In this document: piece after piece, positions 1 through 54,212 of the stretch
How the letters are laid out: each line of letters begins with the position of its first letter
Numbering within the stretch: position 1 is the stretch's first letter
From: Chrysomallon squamiferum
Taxonomy: Eukaryota > Animalia > Mollusca
DNA: 64,000 nt
Assembly: GCA_012295275.1 (NCBI GenBank)
Contig: CM022671.1
Coordinates: 7,812,001 to 7,876,000 of the forward strand
Direction of reading: 5' to 3'
The notes under the pieces: generated by a model
Database searches by the model: none
What the model saw: only the letters and a program-made list of their open reading frames with translations
What the model was told of the DNA's origin: nothing
Position numbers and translations under genes: made by a program

Positions 1-303
1 ATCTGGCAGGTGCCATCATGTTTCAGGGATGTTGGTAAGTAACTGAAATCACACAGAGGCTATTAAAAATTATTACTATACGTGCTGTTTATCATGACCA
101 TAAAAATGCTAATTAAAGAATCAAGAATCAATGATTGATTTTCTTGCTTATAATCTTCTTGATTCTGTAATTAGCATTTTTTATAATCATGGTAAACAAC
201 ATGAACAGTAATAATTTTTTATATGAACCTGTTTAAAATTTCAGTAAATTTTCATAAGTTATTATTACAAATGGTGATAACATCCTGAGAATACCTGCCA
301 TTT
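1..303. mobile_element. Palindromic foldback/MITE-like element, may extend beyond window start
   Basis: Arm 64-127 (aaaaattattactatacgtgctgtttatcatgaccataaaaatgctaattaaagaatcaagaa) is the imperfect reverse complement of 157-220. Outer segments also pair: atctggcaggt at 1 with acctgccattt at 293, and agtaactgaaatcacacag at 38 with ctgtttaaaatttcagtaaatt at 229. Confidence 0.65.
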
Positions 304-378
304 AAACAATGAGCCTACCATGCAAACATCAAGCTTAGCCACTTCCTGTTATTTTAAGGCAAAGCAAAAAGGTCTTAC

Positions 379-528
379 CAAAATAATGATGAGTATGATG
401 AAGAAAATGGAGCCTGTGGGTACAAGGATATAGATGAGTACATGACTCATTGATTTTCCCGAATCAGTCATATCCAGTGAGGCAGTGGTAACATTTGTGC
501 TGTTACTGCTGGTATTGTTGTAAGACAT
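379..528 (-). CDS. First coding exon of a single-pass (type III) membrane protein, probable C3orf18/SMIM29 family; rest of gene outside window
   Basis: ATG at 528 reads MSYNNTSSNSTNVTTASLDMTDSGKSMSHVLIYILVPTGSIFFIILIIIL, then a phase-0 donor TTG|GTAAGA at 379/378. Several N-x-S/T sequons precede a TM helix and there is no signal peptide. Acceptor ttttatttgcag|807 and upstream donor GGT|GTAAGT at 1605/1604. Family call rests on architecture and adjacency to HEMK1; the diagnostic cytoplasmic motif is not in the window. Confidence 0.7.
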
Positions 529-1604
529 CTTTGTATTTAAATAATAAGTTTATGCCAGTATTGTATTATTTTTCATCTACACCCTTTGTGTAGCAATGAA
601 ACAATTCCACAAGGCAAAAGCATTCAATAAAACACAATACACATGGCTAGTATATTTAACAAAGGAAAAACAGCCATAACTTCTTTACATATGTAACAAA
701 AAAGAAAATGTTATATCTGGATTTTCCTAGGTAAGATTAACAGTATCCATCTGATAATAACTTCAAACCATCACTGAGTGATTGGAAAGTCGTCTGTCCA
801 AGAATAACTGCAAATAAAAAAAATAAAAAAATTTAAATTAGTATTTTATTCATTCTTATTATTAATTAATTAAAAAAAATGGAATGCTTGCTCAACAAGA
901 TAATTTTATACTAATTATAATATCGGTTATTGTGTTTTATCTAAAATAAAAAAGAATAAATACATAAATAAGTATATTTAAACAAAATTTAACATTACAA
1001 AACACTGAAATACTCTCTACAGAATTAAACTGTAATATTAAAAATTCAGTTAACTATAATAAGCATGAGTTGTAAAAAATATAATTACTGTGACCATAAA
1101 ACATTTTACAGAATAACTCAATACACAAGGTTATTTTGCTGAATTTTTTGTTCTTTCATTCATTTGCAAATTTCACTGATATTTTATTTGTATAATATAA
1201 AGTTGTCATTATGTAATCACCAATTTGTATCACTGTTGAATATAATCATACAAGAGTTCAGCTTATGTTGATATCTGATCAATATTGACTACCCCTAGGG
1301 ACTTCTAGCTGCTAATGGAACAACTTGTGGTATTACTAGCAGAAACTGATATAACATACATACAACTTTGACAAATCTGTCGCATTCGATCTAGGGAAAA
1401 CACGAATGCATGAATACACATGACTTGTAAATGAAAAAGGTTTTAATAAATGCATATTCAAAATATAGATTTACATTTTGTGCATATTTTGTCATTACAA
1501 TCTGACAACTGACAAGAATGATAATACAGCATTTAAAGAACCCAAACCTCTCTATTTCGTTCACCGACTAAATAAATGTTGCTAAAACACTCTAAAAAAC
1601 TTAC

Positions 1605-1770
1605 ACCAGAACAGACGAGCTAAGCAATTTATCCATTGAGTGTTTCCTTGACGTACGTCAACAGCTTGAAATGAGCGTAACAAAAATTAGAAATGGGTTA
1701 ACATCCGGTTGTCTGCTGTCTCTTGCAGTGTTTTAACTTTTAGTTCGTCATAAGCGAAAAACGAATAACC
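1605..1770. promoter_or_regulatory. Putative bidirectional promoter between the membrane-protein gene (-) and HEMK1 (+)
   Basis: Locally CpG-rich. Perfect 14-bp palindrome TTGACGTACGTCAA (CRE-like half sites) at 1648-1661 and ETS-type ACATCCGGT at 1701-1709. Minus-strand first-exon donor at 1605; first HEMK1 coding exon is preceded by an acceptor at 2524. Confidence 0.5.
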
Positions 1771-2530
1771 TGACAAATTAATTTATTTTATTAATATTAA
1801 ACGAACAGCACTATGGTACATATTAGTTTAAGATGAAGTGTATAATTTATTAAAATAAAGATGATTCATCCTTTAGTCACGTAAACACTGATGCAGACTG
1901 TCATTGAGTAATCGTCTAATAATAAATAAATAGGCAAATAAATATTATTTTCAATTCCCTGAGACAATAAATTTATTTTACTGTTTATCAGATCTGTTGG
2001 CACTGACAATTCAGATGACAGATCCTAAATTAAAATCTATGAAAACGTGATATATTTTGTATTTTTAACACTGTCATATAGAAACATTTGTGACCATTCT
2101 TTATCACAGTTTTTTATTTTTTATTCCTTTATCAGAGCTTTCCTTTAAAGTTTAAAATATTCATAGTTTTTAGATTTTTGCACCAAACTGCATGAAATAG
2201 CTGGTGAAAAAAAAAAGAATAAATCTGTTTTCGGATTTAAATTGGAATAACTGACAAGCAATTTTTATTATTTTTTTTTTCTGATTTGTGTGTGTGTGTT
2301 AATAAAATTACATTCATTCAGTCACAAAATAGACATCAGCAGCAGATTTTCAATACAAAATGCAAACAAATTTCAAATTAATTATAGATTTTTCATTTGT
2401 TGTGGTTTCACTATTTATTATTTTAAAATAAATCATTATATTTAAAATATAAATTTCAGTTTTAAATGTTTTATGCATGTAATTATTGCAATATAATTGC
2501 AATAAAAGTACAAATATTTTACAGGTGACC

Positions 2531-3041
2531 ATGTTATTCACATTAAAACTTATTCGAAAATGCATTGCTGCTGCTTCTGAACATGGGATCAGACTTCAGC
2601 AGGATATTCCCAACTTTAAAAGAAGATTCAGTTCTCAAGCAACTGTTGGCTCCATATGTAAAACTCTGACCAAAAAACTGAGACAAAAGAAAGTTCCAGA
2701 AGCAAAGATTTCAACTAACCTAATGGTGGCCCATGTCCTAGGAAGGACCACAGTATGTATAATTGGTAATCATTTTTACTTAATATTTTATTTGTACAGT
2801 ATTTGTAAAATTTAACTAGTTACTATATGTATATACTATATTTGAAATGTAAAAGGATTAAAAAACCAAATGATTTAGTTTTTTTTAGTTTTTTATTGCA
2901 TAAGGTATAATTTATGCAGTTTACATATTTTATTGAATTTCTTTTTTGTAGACATGGAGAATTTAGTATAAGGGACAGTTGACACAATCTGTGTATATAT
3001 ATATATATATATATATAGTTTTTTGGTGTATAATTGTGGTT

Positions 3042-3093
<52 letters not shown>

Positions 3094-6000
3094 GTGAATG
3101 TGTATATGCATAGATAAATATATACACATGTATCTCTATATCTGTAAATAAAGATAAATTTGATCAAAAATTCTTACAAATAATACTTGTTTGATATTAA
3201 TATTTTATATTTTCAGCTCCATGGAGTCCCATTTCTACATTACTCAGTGAGAGTCAGGTTAACCAGCTTGAAATAATGTGCGCTAAAAGAATTAACAGGC
3301 AACAGAATACTTAAATCATATAAACATTAGAAATAATTTTTAGAAAATGTTAAAGAAATTGAATTCATATTAAAATCTTCTAGATTATGAAACATTAAGA
3401 ATATTTAAACTATATACTTGTTAAACATCTCACTTTTTTTTAGTGCTGTGATCATAAAATTAATGCTTTGGGAATGAAATTAATTCCACATTTTGTTCCA
3501 CTGAAACTTAAATTTGAATCTTTATTTTAGATCTTTAAAGATGCATGCTGTTCAAGCATTGTGATAAATATTCATAAACAATACAAACCTTGGTTCAGCC
3601 AATACATTTAAGAAGTCAGAAATTTGTATTATAAATTTATAAATTATGATGTTTGAAAAATTGGTTTGCATGATGACAAATATTTAATTTTTGTTATTCT
3701 TCTGATGTGTTGTAGCATTTAATTCCTAAAATGTTGTATTTGATTTGATTTTGGTTTTGATGTTTATATATATATATTTTAAGGATGCCTGTACAGTATA
3801 TAATTGGAGAATGGGATTTTTGTGATTTAACCCTGAAAGTTGAGCCACCTACACTAATACCTAGACCAGAAACAGAGGTAGGTAAACATCAGACTATGAA
3901 TTTCATTATTTCTGTATTTAAGTTAAATATATTGTTATTATTATTATTTTATTTTTATTTTTAAAAAATTTGTTATTATAAAACAATTTTCAAAAAAATA
4001 CTTTTTTTTTTTTTTTTTTGTTATTATAAAACAAACTTTCAATCCTATTTATCACAATTTTTTTTATAATATATTAAAATGGTAACATGCTTTGATTTAT
4101 CAAGTTCTTTTCATTCTAATAGGAACTAGCTAACTTTGTGATTTCATACATAAAAGGATTTCATCAAACTCATTTCAAAGTAATGGACATTGGAAGTGGA
4201 TCAGGTGCTTTGATCCTAGCCATTTTACACAGTTTGTCATTTGTAAGTCGAACATAAAACTTAAATACTTGTTTTTATGTGTCGAATTACTTGCCAGATT
4301 TTAAACATTTTTCCTCATTATTTTATTTTTGTTCTAAGTCATAAACAATTGCTGTGATAAATTTTATTTACTTTTTCTTGCTGATTGGAAGACAGTCAAG
4401 CAGTCAAGATAAATAGAAAACAAATTATTTTAAAATTTGTAGTGATTTAACAGGTTTTTTTGTTCTTTTTAAAATAAATATCCAAGAATCCATATTACAC
4501 AGACTTTTATGTTTTCTCAGGCTGCAGTATAAAAAACAAATTAATTTACATCTGGTGTTTTTATAGGTTTCTGTTTATTAGTATTTTACATTTTACAGTT
4601 GAACTTAAATAATATGTGTGTACACTATGTTGGATTTTACATTGTTTTCAACACAGACTTCTGGTGTAGCTGTTGATGTTGCTGAACATGCATGCAGACT
4701 AACAATGGAGAATGCTGTTATTTCTGGTGTTGAGAACAGACTTAAAGTGATAAAATTGGATATTACAAAAGGTTATTTCTCCAAAAAACACTTCTCCACT
4801 TTAAATAGATATTTGATGGACATGTTCGTATTACTTCAGAACAAATTTTTTATTGACATTCAGATGAAGTATTAAAAATATATTTATTAGAGTGAAAAAA
4901 CTGTACAAAAGATTACAAAAGATTATTTCTCAAAACACTTCTTCACTTTAAATATAGACATTTGACACTATGTTATCATATTGATATTCAGATCATTTAA
5001 TGAAAATATATTTGTATCAGAATTCAATATATAAAAGAAAATAAATTTATCTGAAAGGAAAATAAATTAACTGTCCAACTGTAGAATTGCCTTTAATGGT
5101 ATATCGCATTTAGAGAAATGCCTATAAAGACTTTATTTTACATGTATGTTTAATTAAATTTAGAATATTGATTTCCTTTTAATTTTGTTTTAAATTTTTG
5201 TTTTAAATTTTGTTTATTGTATTTTTGCAGATATTTCTGACTTAATCCACATGTCTCCCTTTGATTTAATTGTCAGCAATCCTCCTTATTTGACAGACAA
5301 ATGTTTGCAGGATATTGAAGCTGAATTGAGGTTTATTTTCTCAAATAAATCATTATTCCGTTTGCTATTATAATTTATTTTTATCATGATGTTATAGAAT
5401 AATATACTTATTGATATAAATAGCATTTTGGCAAGCATTATTAAAATTGTTATTTAGCAAGGTTTTTTTTAAAATTTTATTAATTATTTATAAATTGAAC
5501 TGATTTCTGACTATTATTTGTTGTGATTGTTGTTGTTTTGGGTGTTTTTTTTCCAAGATATGAAGATAACAAGGCTTTATATGGTGGACCTGATGGTCTT
5601 GACATTGTCAAATCAATCCTTTCTTTAGCTCCCCAGCTTCTTAAACCAAATGGGTGAGTACTGCATTTTGCTTTAAAAATTTAAGAATAAGCACAGTAAT
5701 AGTTATCTAACATTTTTTAGTTTCTCAGCCTTGTTAAGTTTACTTTATTAAAAATTCATGACTAATTGTGCATTGTTAAATATCAGCATTTGTTCACAGT
5801 ACTTTGTAAACTCATTAACATTCTTAAGATGAGAAATTATATTGCTCTTACAAAAACTAATCTTACAAACACTTCTTGATAATGACAATGATTTAAAATG
5901 AAGGTAAAATTAAATGCCCAATTTCTTTGTCTTTCTGTATACATTGAAAACCTAACATTTTGCTTATTTATTCTTTGAGGGAATGAAATAGTCAAACACA

Positions 6001-6623
6001 TTCACTTTTTCTTGGTGTTTATTTTTTATTTTTTATTTACTTATTTGTTATGTTAAAATCTGTGGTTTTAAAACTGCAACTCATTTAAGATAGTTATTAT
6101 AATTTCAAAGACAAAAAGGTTATTAATGTATTTGTTCATTCCATTTTTAAGATTTTGTATTTTTAAAATTTTAATCATGCCAGGGTATACAAAAAAAGGT
6201 TATTAATGTATTTGTTCATTCCATTTTTAAGATTTTGTATTTTTAAAATTTTAATCATGCCAGGGTATACAAACTTACTGGAGATTGTTAGTTGACTTAA
6301 CACAAGAATGGCACTGAAACAATTAAAAACTAAAACTTGCAACAGAAACAATATGTTATTTTAGTTTTCTAGTTTATAACAAAAATAAATAAACAATAAG
6401 CAAAAGACTTTTATGAAAGCTTTCTGGAACTTAATAAAACATTTTACATATTTTTTTTTCAAGATCTCTCTGGTTGGAGTTGGGATTAGGACAGTGTTTG
6501 AAAGTGAAGAATCTTGTGCAGAAAGACACAGCTTACAAACTGAAGTACATTGAAACACTGAAAGATTTTACTGACAGGGACAGATTTTGTCATCTTGAAT
6601 ATAAAAATGGAGCCAACACTTAG
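2531..6623 (+). CDS. HEMK1: HemK methyltransferase family member 1 (mitochondrial release factor N5-glutamine methyltransferase, PrmC-like), ~329 aa
   Basis: Exons 2531-2752, 3217-3298, 3784-3877, 4123-4242, 4657-4771, 5231-5330, 5558-5653, 6464-6623 (TAG). Motifs: [32 protein letters not shown] (SAM binding), [10 protein letters not shown] (NPPY), [35 protein letters not shown]. Basic N-terminus resembles a transit peptide. The exon 1/2 junction is 1 nt short of frame (see findings). Confidence 0.95.
3047..3090. repeat. (TG)n microsatellite, with adjacent (TA)n at ~2994-3017
   Basis: Read directly; generates the spurious THTHTH ORF. Confidence 0.95.
5710..5848 (+). repeat. Inverted repeat copy A (139 bp) in the last HEMK1 intron
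   Basis: Reverse complement of 8559-8697 with 6 mismatches by hand alignment. Confidence 0.9.
6113..6273 (+). repeat. Perfect 80-bp tandem duplication in the last HEMK1 intron
   Basis: aaaaaggttattaatgtatttgttcattccatttttaagattttgtatttttaaaattttaatcatgccagggtatacaa occurs twice with period 80. Confidence 0.95.
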
Positions 6624-7402
6624 TATCCTGAACAATATATTCCACCTTGCCATGTGAAGTTTACAAATGCACAGATCTTCATCAAACAGATGACACTACA
6701 TTACTACTCATTCAGTTTTTTACTCATATTTTCTGTATATATTATCATCTAAAATTTAAAAAACAAAATAACTCTTTTGACTATCAAGTGTACAAAATTC
6801 ATAAAAATATTCTTAATAATAGATTTAACTAATTAATACATTTCTTTGTTATTAGTTTTATTAAATTTTGTGATAATTGTTTTTCTTGTGGGTTCATTTT
6901 TTGTTTGCTGTTTGTTTTTTGTTATTTGTCCTTTTAGCTTCCTTTTTTTTTTTCTCTCTTCTTTGTAAAATATGAATTACATGTTCCTTAGTCAAAATTA
7001 AACACAAATGGAAAGAAATGAAATAAAACCTCCATTACTGTCCTCTTCCCTAAAGGATCTTTCTTTTTTTTTTTTAAAAAAGAAGAAAAAAAAGAGAATA
7101 AACAAGTCATCAGTATTTGAAAAACTTATAAATGGAAAAAAACAACAAATGGAGGACATTTTATTAAATAATTTATTCAGCAAAACATAATCAATCAACA
7201 GTTCATTTAAAACTAAAATTTGTATAAGCCAATATACTGAAGTAATCAACATGAACATTCTAAAGTAAAATCAGTGCTTTTCAATGACTTTTTTATATAT
7301 ATTTGTTTTATAAAATTTGTACTTATTTCTTTAAAAGAATACTTACAACAATTTAAATGGAACAGAAAAAAATTTAAAAAAAAAAAAAAAAATCCCCAAA
7401 CC

Positions 7403-7408
7403 TTTATT
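7403..7408 (-). terminator. Candidate distal polyadenylation signal of the synaptophysin-family gene
   Basis: Minus strand reads TGTA-AATAAA followed by a G/T-rich tract. This would give a ~5.2-kb 3' UTR convergent with HEMK1. Other AATAAA candidates exist. Confidence 0.3.
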
Positions 7409-8558
7409 TACATAAAACCTTTTAAAACTATTACATGAAATTACTTAATTTTACATTCAATTATTCCAGTAATAATTTATCCCATGATACAAAAATAAAT
7501 AAACATTAAAAACATTAATTTGCCATGATAGATACAATACTGTTATCTTTTATTAATAATAATAACCTAACTATCCTATAGTACTATTAATCATATGGAA
7601 CTAAAACAGCAATATCTTACATCATGTCCATGTTTTTACAAACAATATATTCAACAAAAGATAAAGCATAAAAAAGAAAAGAAAAATAAAGTATTCTAAA
7701 TATTTTTATACATACATACATATATATATATATATATCAACCAGTCCAATAATGATATTATTTATAATGTGAAATTCTTAATAAAAAAGAAAAAGAAAAA
7801 AGAACAAAATATAATAACAATTCCTTGCAGTGCATAACTATTTTTCTTTCATTATTGTACTATGTTTGCTAAAGGGACAAACTACAGTCATGAATAAGCA
7901 ATTCTTGAGCCATGTGATAAGCTAATCCACATACATGTATAAACAGTACAAAATACAGATATTTATGTAGAAAAATACACTGAATCATTGATATTTCTAC
8001 AAAAATAATACTAAATCTAAATTCGTGCATGCATTATTATCATATTATTATTTACTGAGAATACACCAGTATGAGGAAAGCAAACATCTGAAAACATCAT
8101 TACAAACATTTCTCTAAACACACTATATTCAAAGATACACGCCACTTTAAAGCATAGCATGGAATGTAAGAAAATCAGAAGGGGCCAACAATCCTGTATA
8201 TATGCATACAAAAATTATTATTTTTTTTTTTTTTTCAAATAATAAAGCAAAGAAATGAAACTGTACAAGGCTGCACAACACTTGGTTTGATGAATATTCT
8301 CATGATTTGAAATTCATGATGAGCATGATAAAAAAAATTTACAGTGACATTTATTCCACAACTTCATTTACATTACACTTTATCATTAACAAATAAAAAA
8401 ATAATGCTAATAATAATAATAAATATTATTACACTGCTTATTCCAGTTATGTCAGACAAAATTGATTACATGTTAGACATGCTTAACAGAGAAAAATATA
8501 AAAATTAAAAATAAAAACCTAATTCTAAAATAAAACCGTATCATAGATAATATATAAC

Positions 8559-8697
8559 AGAGCAATAGTATTTCACATCTTAAGAATCTTAATGAGTTTA
8601 CAAAGTACTGTGAACAAATGCTGATATTTAACAATGCACAATTAGTCATGAGTTTTTAATAAAGTAAACTTAACAAGGCTGAGAAACTACAAAATGT
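8559..8697 (-). repeat. Inverted repeat copy B (139 bp), downstream of HEMK1 and in the putative synaptophysin 3' UTR
   Basis: Reverse complement of 5710-5848, ~96% identity. Confidence 0.9.
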
Positions 8698-10439
8698 CAA
8701 CAGTCTGTTAACTGTAAAAAAACATAGAACATAATCAGTTTTTTAAACTCTGAAAACCAGTATTGAAAATGTGAACATTAAATATTTGCAACTTGTTACA
8801 CTGCTAGTGGAAGAATATGATTTTAAGTAATCAATTATTTTTCAGTGTTCGAGTTTCATAAAACATTTATATTTGGAAGTGTTTTGTCTTTACAGAATGG
8901 ATATTTGGAAAAATTATAAACTCATTTTAACAGAATGTTAAACTGCCATGAAATGGATTGTCAAGTTGGATAAAAATATTTGCAATCTCATCTAAATGCA
9001 GATTTGCTCTTCAGTCCTAACATAATTTCATGCAGATAATGCAATATGATATTTAATATTTAACATGTAACTGGTTTTCTTTTCCACAGTATTAATTTTC
9101 AAATTATCTTCTAACATTTGAGGTCTACTAAATAATAAAACATTTTTACATTTTTCAGTTTTGCATATTAATTTGTTACTTTTAAACACTAAGCTATATT
9201 AAAGAAATAAGGATACAGGGGTAAAGCACTAACACACAATAACAACTTGTACAAAAGCTAGCAGCTTTGAAAATAGACTTTTTATAAAAGAAATAAGCTG
9301 TTAATGGAAGACAAATAAACAACATTTTAAAAATACATGGCTTTTATTAATTTTGGAAATATTTATTTTGTTTCTTTATTAAAAAAATAAATGTTTTATT
9401 TGGTTGAAAGCTTTAAAAAATACTTATATGTTTATATCTCATCTAGCTAAAAACAATTACGAATAAAATTAAAAACAGAATAGAAAAAGTACTTATATTA
9501 GATTTTCAACAAGTTATTCCAAAATACATACATCTTATTTTTTTAAAGCAGAATAGATTTAAAAAAAAAAAACATTGATTTTTTTTTTTTTTTACTATAA
9601 GTGTCACTGTATATTACTGTCTTATTAACAAGTGTACAATTCTATTATAAATTTTAAGATGTCACTCTTTAATCAATAGAATTCATTTTGCAGATTTAAT
9701 TTACTTATGTTTTCCTTATGCAATAAAAAAAAAGTCAAAAAAGAAAACCCTCTTTAAGATACGAGAAACTGTCATTAGCTGATCATTTAAAATTCTGCAA
9801 AGCATTTTAATGAACAAATCTGATAAATGAGGAATGACCAACATTCAGCCCATACACATGCAGAAAACTTCAGAAAAATACCATTATTACACAGACCAAA
9901 GACTGGTTCAAAAAGTTACAAAATTTTATTACATTTATTTATTTCAATAAAACAATAACCAAAAATAATTTTACTTTCCTGTGTGATCATTAATTTTCTT
10001 GTATTTACCAAAGATAATTACATTTAATGATTATTTTTTCAGGGTTTTTAAAAAAAAAAAAATGTTTTAATTTTTTTTTTTATACTTCCACTTGCATTAA
10101 TTGTAACAATGGTATTCTTCCAGTAACCCAGGCCATTAAAAAACAAGCCCAATCACCCACAACATCAATAATTTAACTGAAAAACATAAACAATACAAAT
10201 AGCTTTATTTATTATTTACCAGTGATCTGAATTTAGTAATATTATATACATTAAAACAAACATAGCATGAAGCAAATGACAATGCTTTAACTCTGAATGA
10301 TGCTGGAGTATAATGCTTCAATGGTTTCCAGTAGTTTACTCGAAACATTAAAAAACATCAAAACAGACTGAGCCAGCAAACCTGATGTACCAATAATAAT
10401 GCTGGAATTCGTCAAATCTGTTTAATCACTGAAAACTCT

Positions 10440-10483
<44 letters not shown>

Positions 10484-12607
10484 TGCTGCTTTAGTTTAAT
10501 AGATGTTTATTTTGACATGTATGTAAATTATAACCCGTTCCATGATGTTTCTTCTCTGTGCATATTTTGTAGATAAAACAAAAGACAACACATGTTGCAC
10601 GAAACAGAATTCACAAAATGTGTTAGTGAAGTTATCTACAAAACAGAAATAATAATAGTAATTTGAACAGAGTAACAAAAACAATAATAAAAAATTAATT
10701 TAACAAATAAACAAACCAAGTTAGCCCTTTATGAAATTTTTACAATGTGACAATAGATGAAACAAAAGGAAAAATGTTAAAATTTCTTGGTGATAAATAC
10801 CAATGTACACGCAACAAAGTAACTAACTTCTTGGCATGATAACAAACACAAAATTTAAAACATAAAGAAAACAAAACAGCCATCATTGTGGTAACAAAAC
10901 TAAATTACCTGATTTTACAACATTTACATCCTGTCTAATTTCAGGATCAAATCATTAACAACCCATTTACACCAATTACTAAACACTAATATTTTAACTT
11001 GTACTAAAAGATACATTACTAAATAGTTACCTTTGTTTTTATTTATTTTTTAATATATGTTTTTCAATTAAAATTCTATATGTTAATACAAAACATTTAT
11101 TTTAAACTATTTTATTTTTTTTATTTTTTATCTAATGGGTTTTTAAAATTTATTATATGTATAATTTAAAATAGGAAAATGAATTTCTCTTGCACCTTTC
11201 ACGAAAGATCACCAGCAACATTTTGTATAAATTTGTATATGCTGTTATTTTTCAAAATTTTCAATTCTTTGGTAAAATGTATTACTTCACAACACAATTC
11301 ACTATTTCCTTTACACAATTAAATATGTGTTAATAATTAATTTCAAACACAAATGCATAGGTGTCAATAGCTCATATTAACAGAACACTAGTGTATCAAT
11401 TTGGTGAAATAGTGAAGTATTTTTATAGAATAAGACAGTTTTTAAATGGTTTTAAACATGCAGACATCAAAGTTTGCCAATACCTATACTTTGCTTAAAT
11501 GCACCTTTGATGATATTAGTAAAGTATTTTGATATACTTTCAACTTAATATGTATATTTTGTTAAGAGAGACCAATCTTTTCTAATAATTAAGTTTGAGA
11601 ATTTTATGATATTACCAATGATGTACTTCCATTTTCCCTCCTTGATCAAGTCCAGAAAAACTCTCTGTGTTTGTGTTATATGAAAATGATTTAATTCTGG
11701 TCGAAATGTGCAGCTATAAAAGCTACAAAATTTGTTTGTAACCACAATTAACCTTTAACATTTTTGTCATCGTTTATGTATGACTGAATCTATTTCTGAC
11801 AGCAACATGAAAAAACAAAGCTAGTTAATCTTTGCTTTAAGAAGTTACATCAAAGTCTACTCTAGCGAAGTATGAAAATGTACATGAAAGCAGTTTTTAC
11901 TTTTTATATTTTAACTAATAAAATAATCTGAAAATATTTCAAAGTGGTTTATACTTATCACCAAAGGTCCATTTAACAGAAAGATCTACAACAAAAATCA
12001 CTCATCCTCAAAATTACTGTGGCCAATTATATATACATACACACACACACACATACATATATATTATTAATATATAAATGCATGCATATTTGTATGTTGT
12101 ATTTCCAAAAGAGTTAATTATTGTTATCTGTAAAACTAAAATCAAGACATCATTGTGGTTTAAGATTCAAATTTGCTGGGTGATAATAGTCACAGCTAGA
12201 TTTAGCAGAGAGATATGCATTCAGATGTTATTAATATAAAACTTATGATGCAATATTTTATTTCATTCTAGAAATATTAAATGACAGTGGTTATGACATT
12301 TTGAGCATGAGTAAACAAAAAAACAAAAACCTCCATCAAATTTCTGTTATATACTGCCTGCCACCAAATATTCTTATTTTAATTCTTATTTTTTTTAAAT
12401 CGTTCTGCACAATTTTTCATTTTTTAAATTAATGTACAAAAGAAAAAACCATTACAATACAATGCTCTATACTAATATATTTAACTATATAATTGAAATT
12501 GTTACAAATGAGCAAGCCTGGCTTATAATAATTTGGTGACGGACACTACAAAAAGTTAATGAGGCTCAAGGCACCAAAATCAGCCCGAACTTACTACACT
12601 CACACTT

Positions 12608-54212
<41,605 letters not shown>

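Noticed and set aside
2823-3167. 114-aa minus-strand ORF with THTHTH and YIYI runs
   Set aside because: Translation of (TG)n and (TA)n microsatellites inside a HEMK1 intron.
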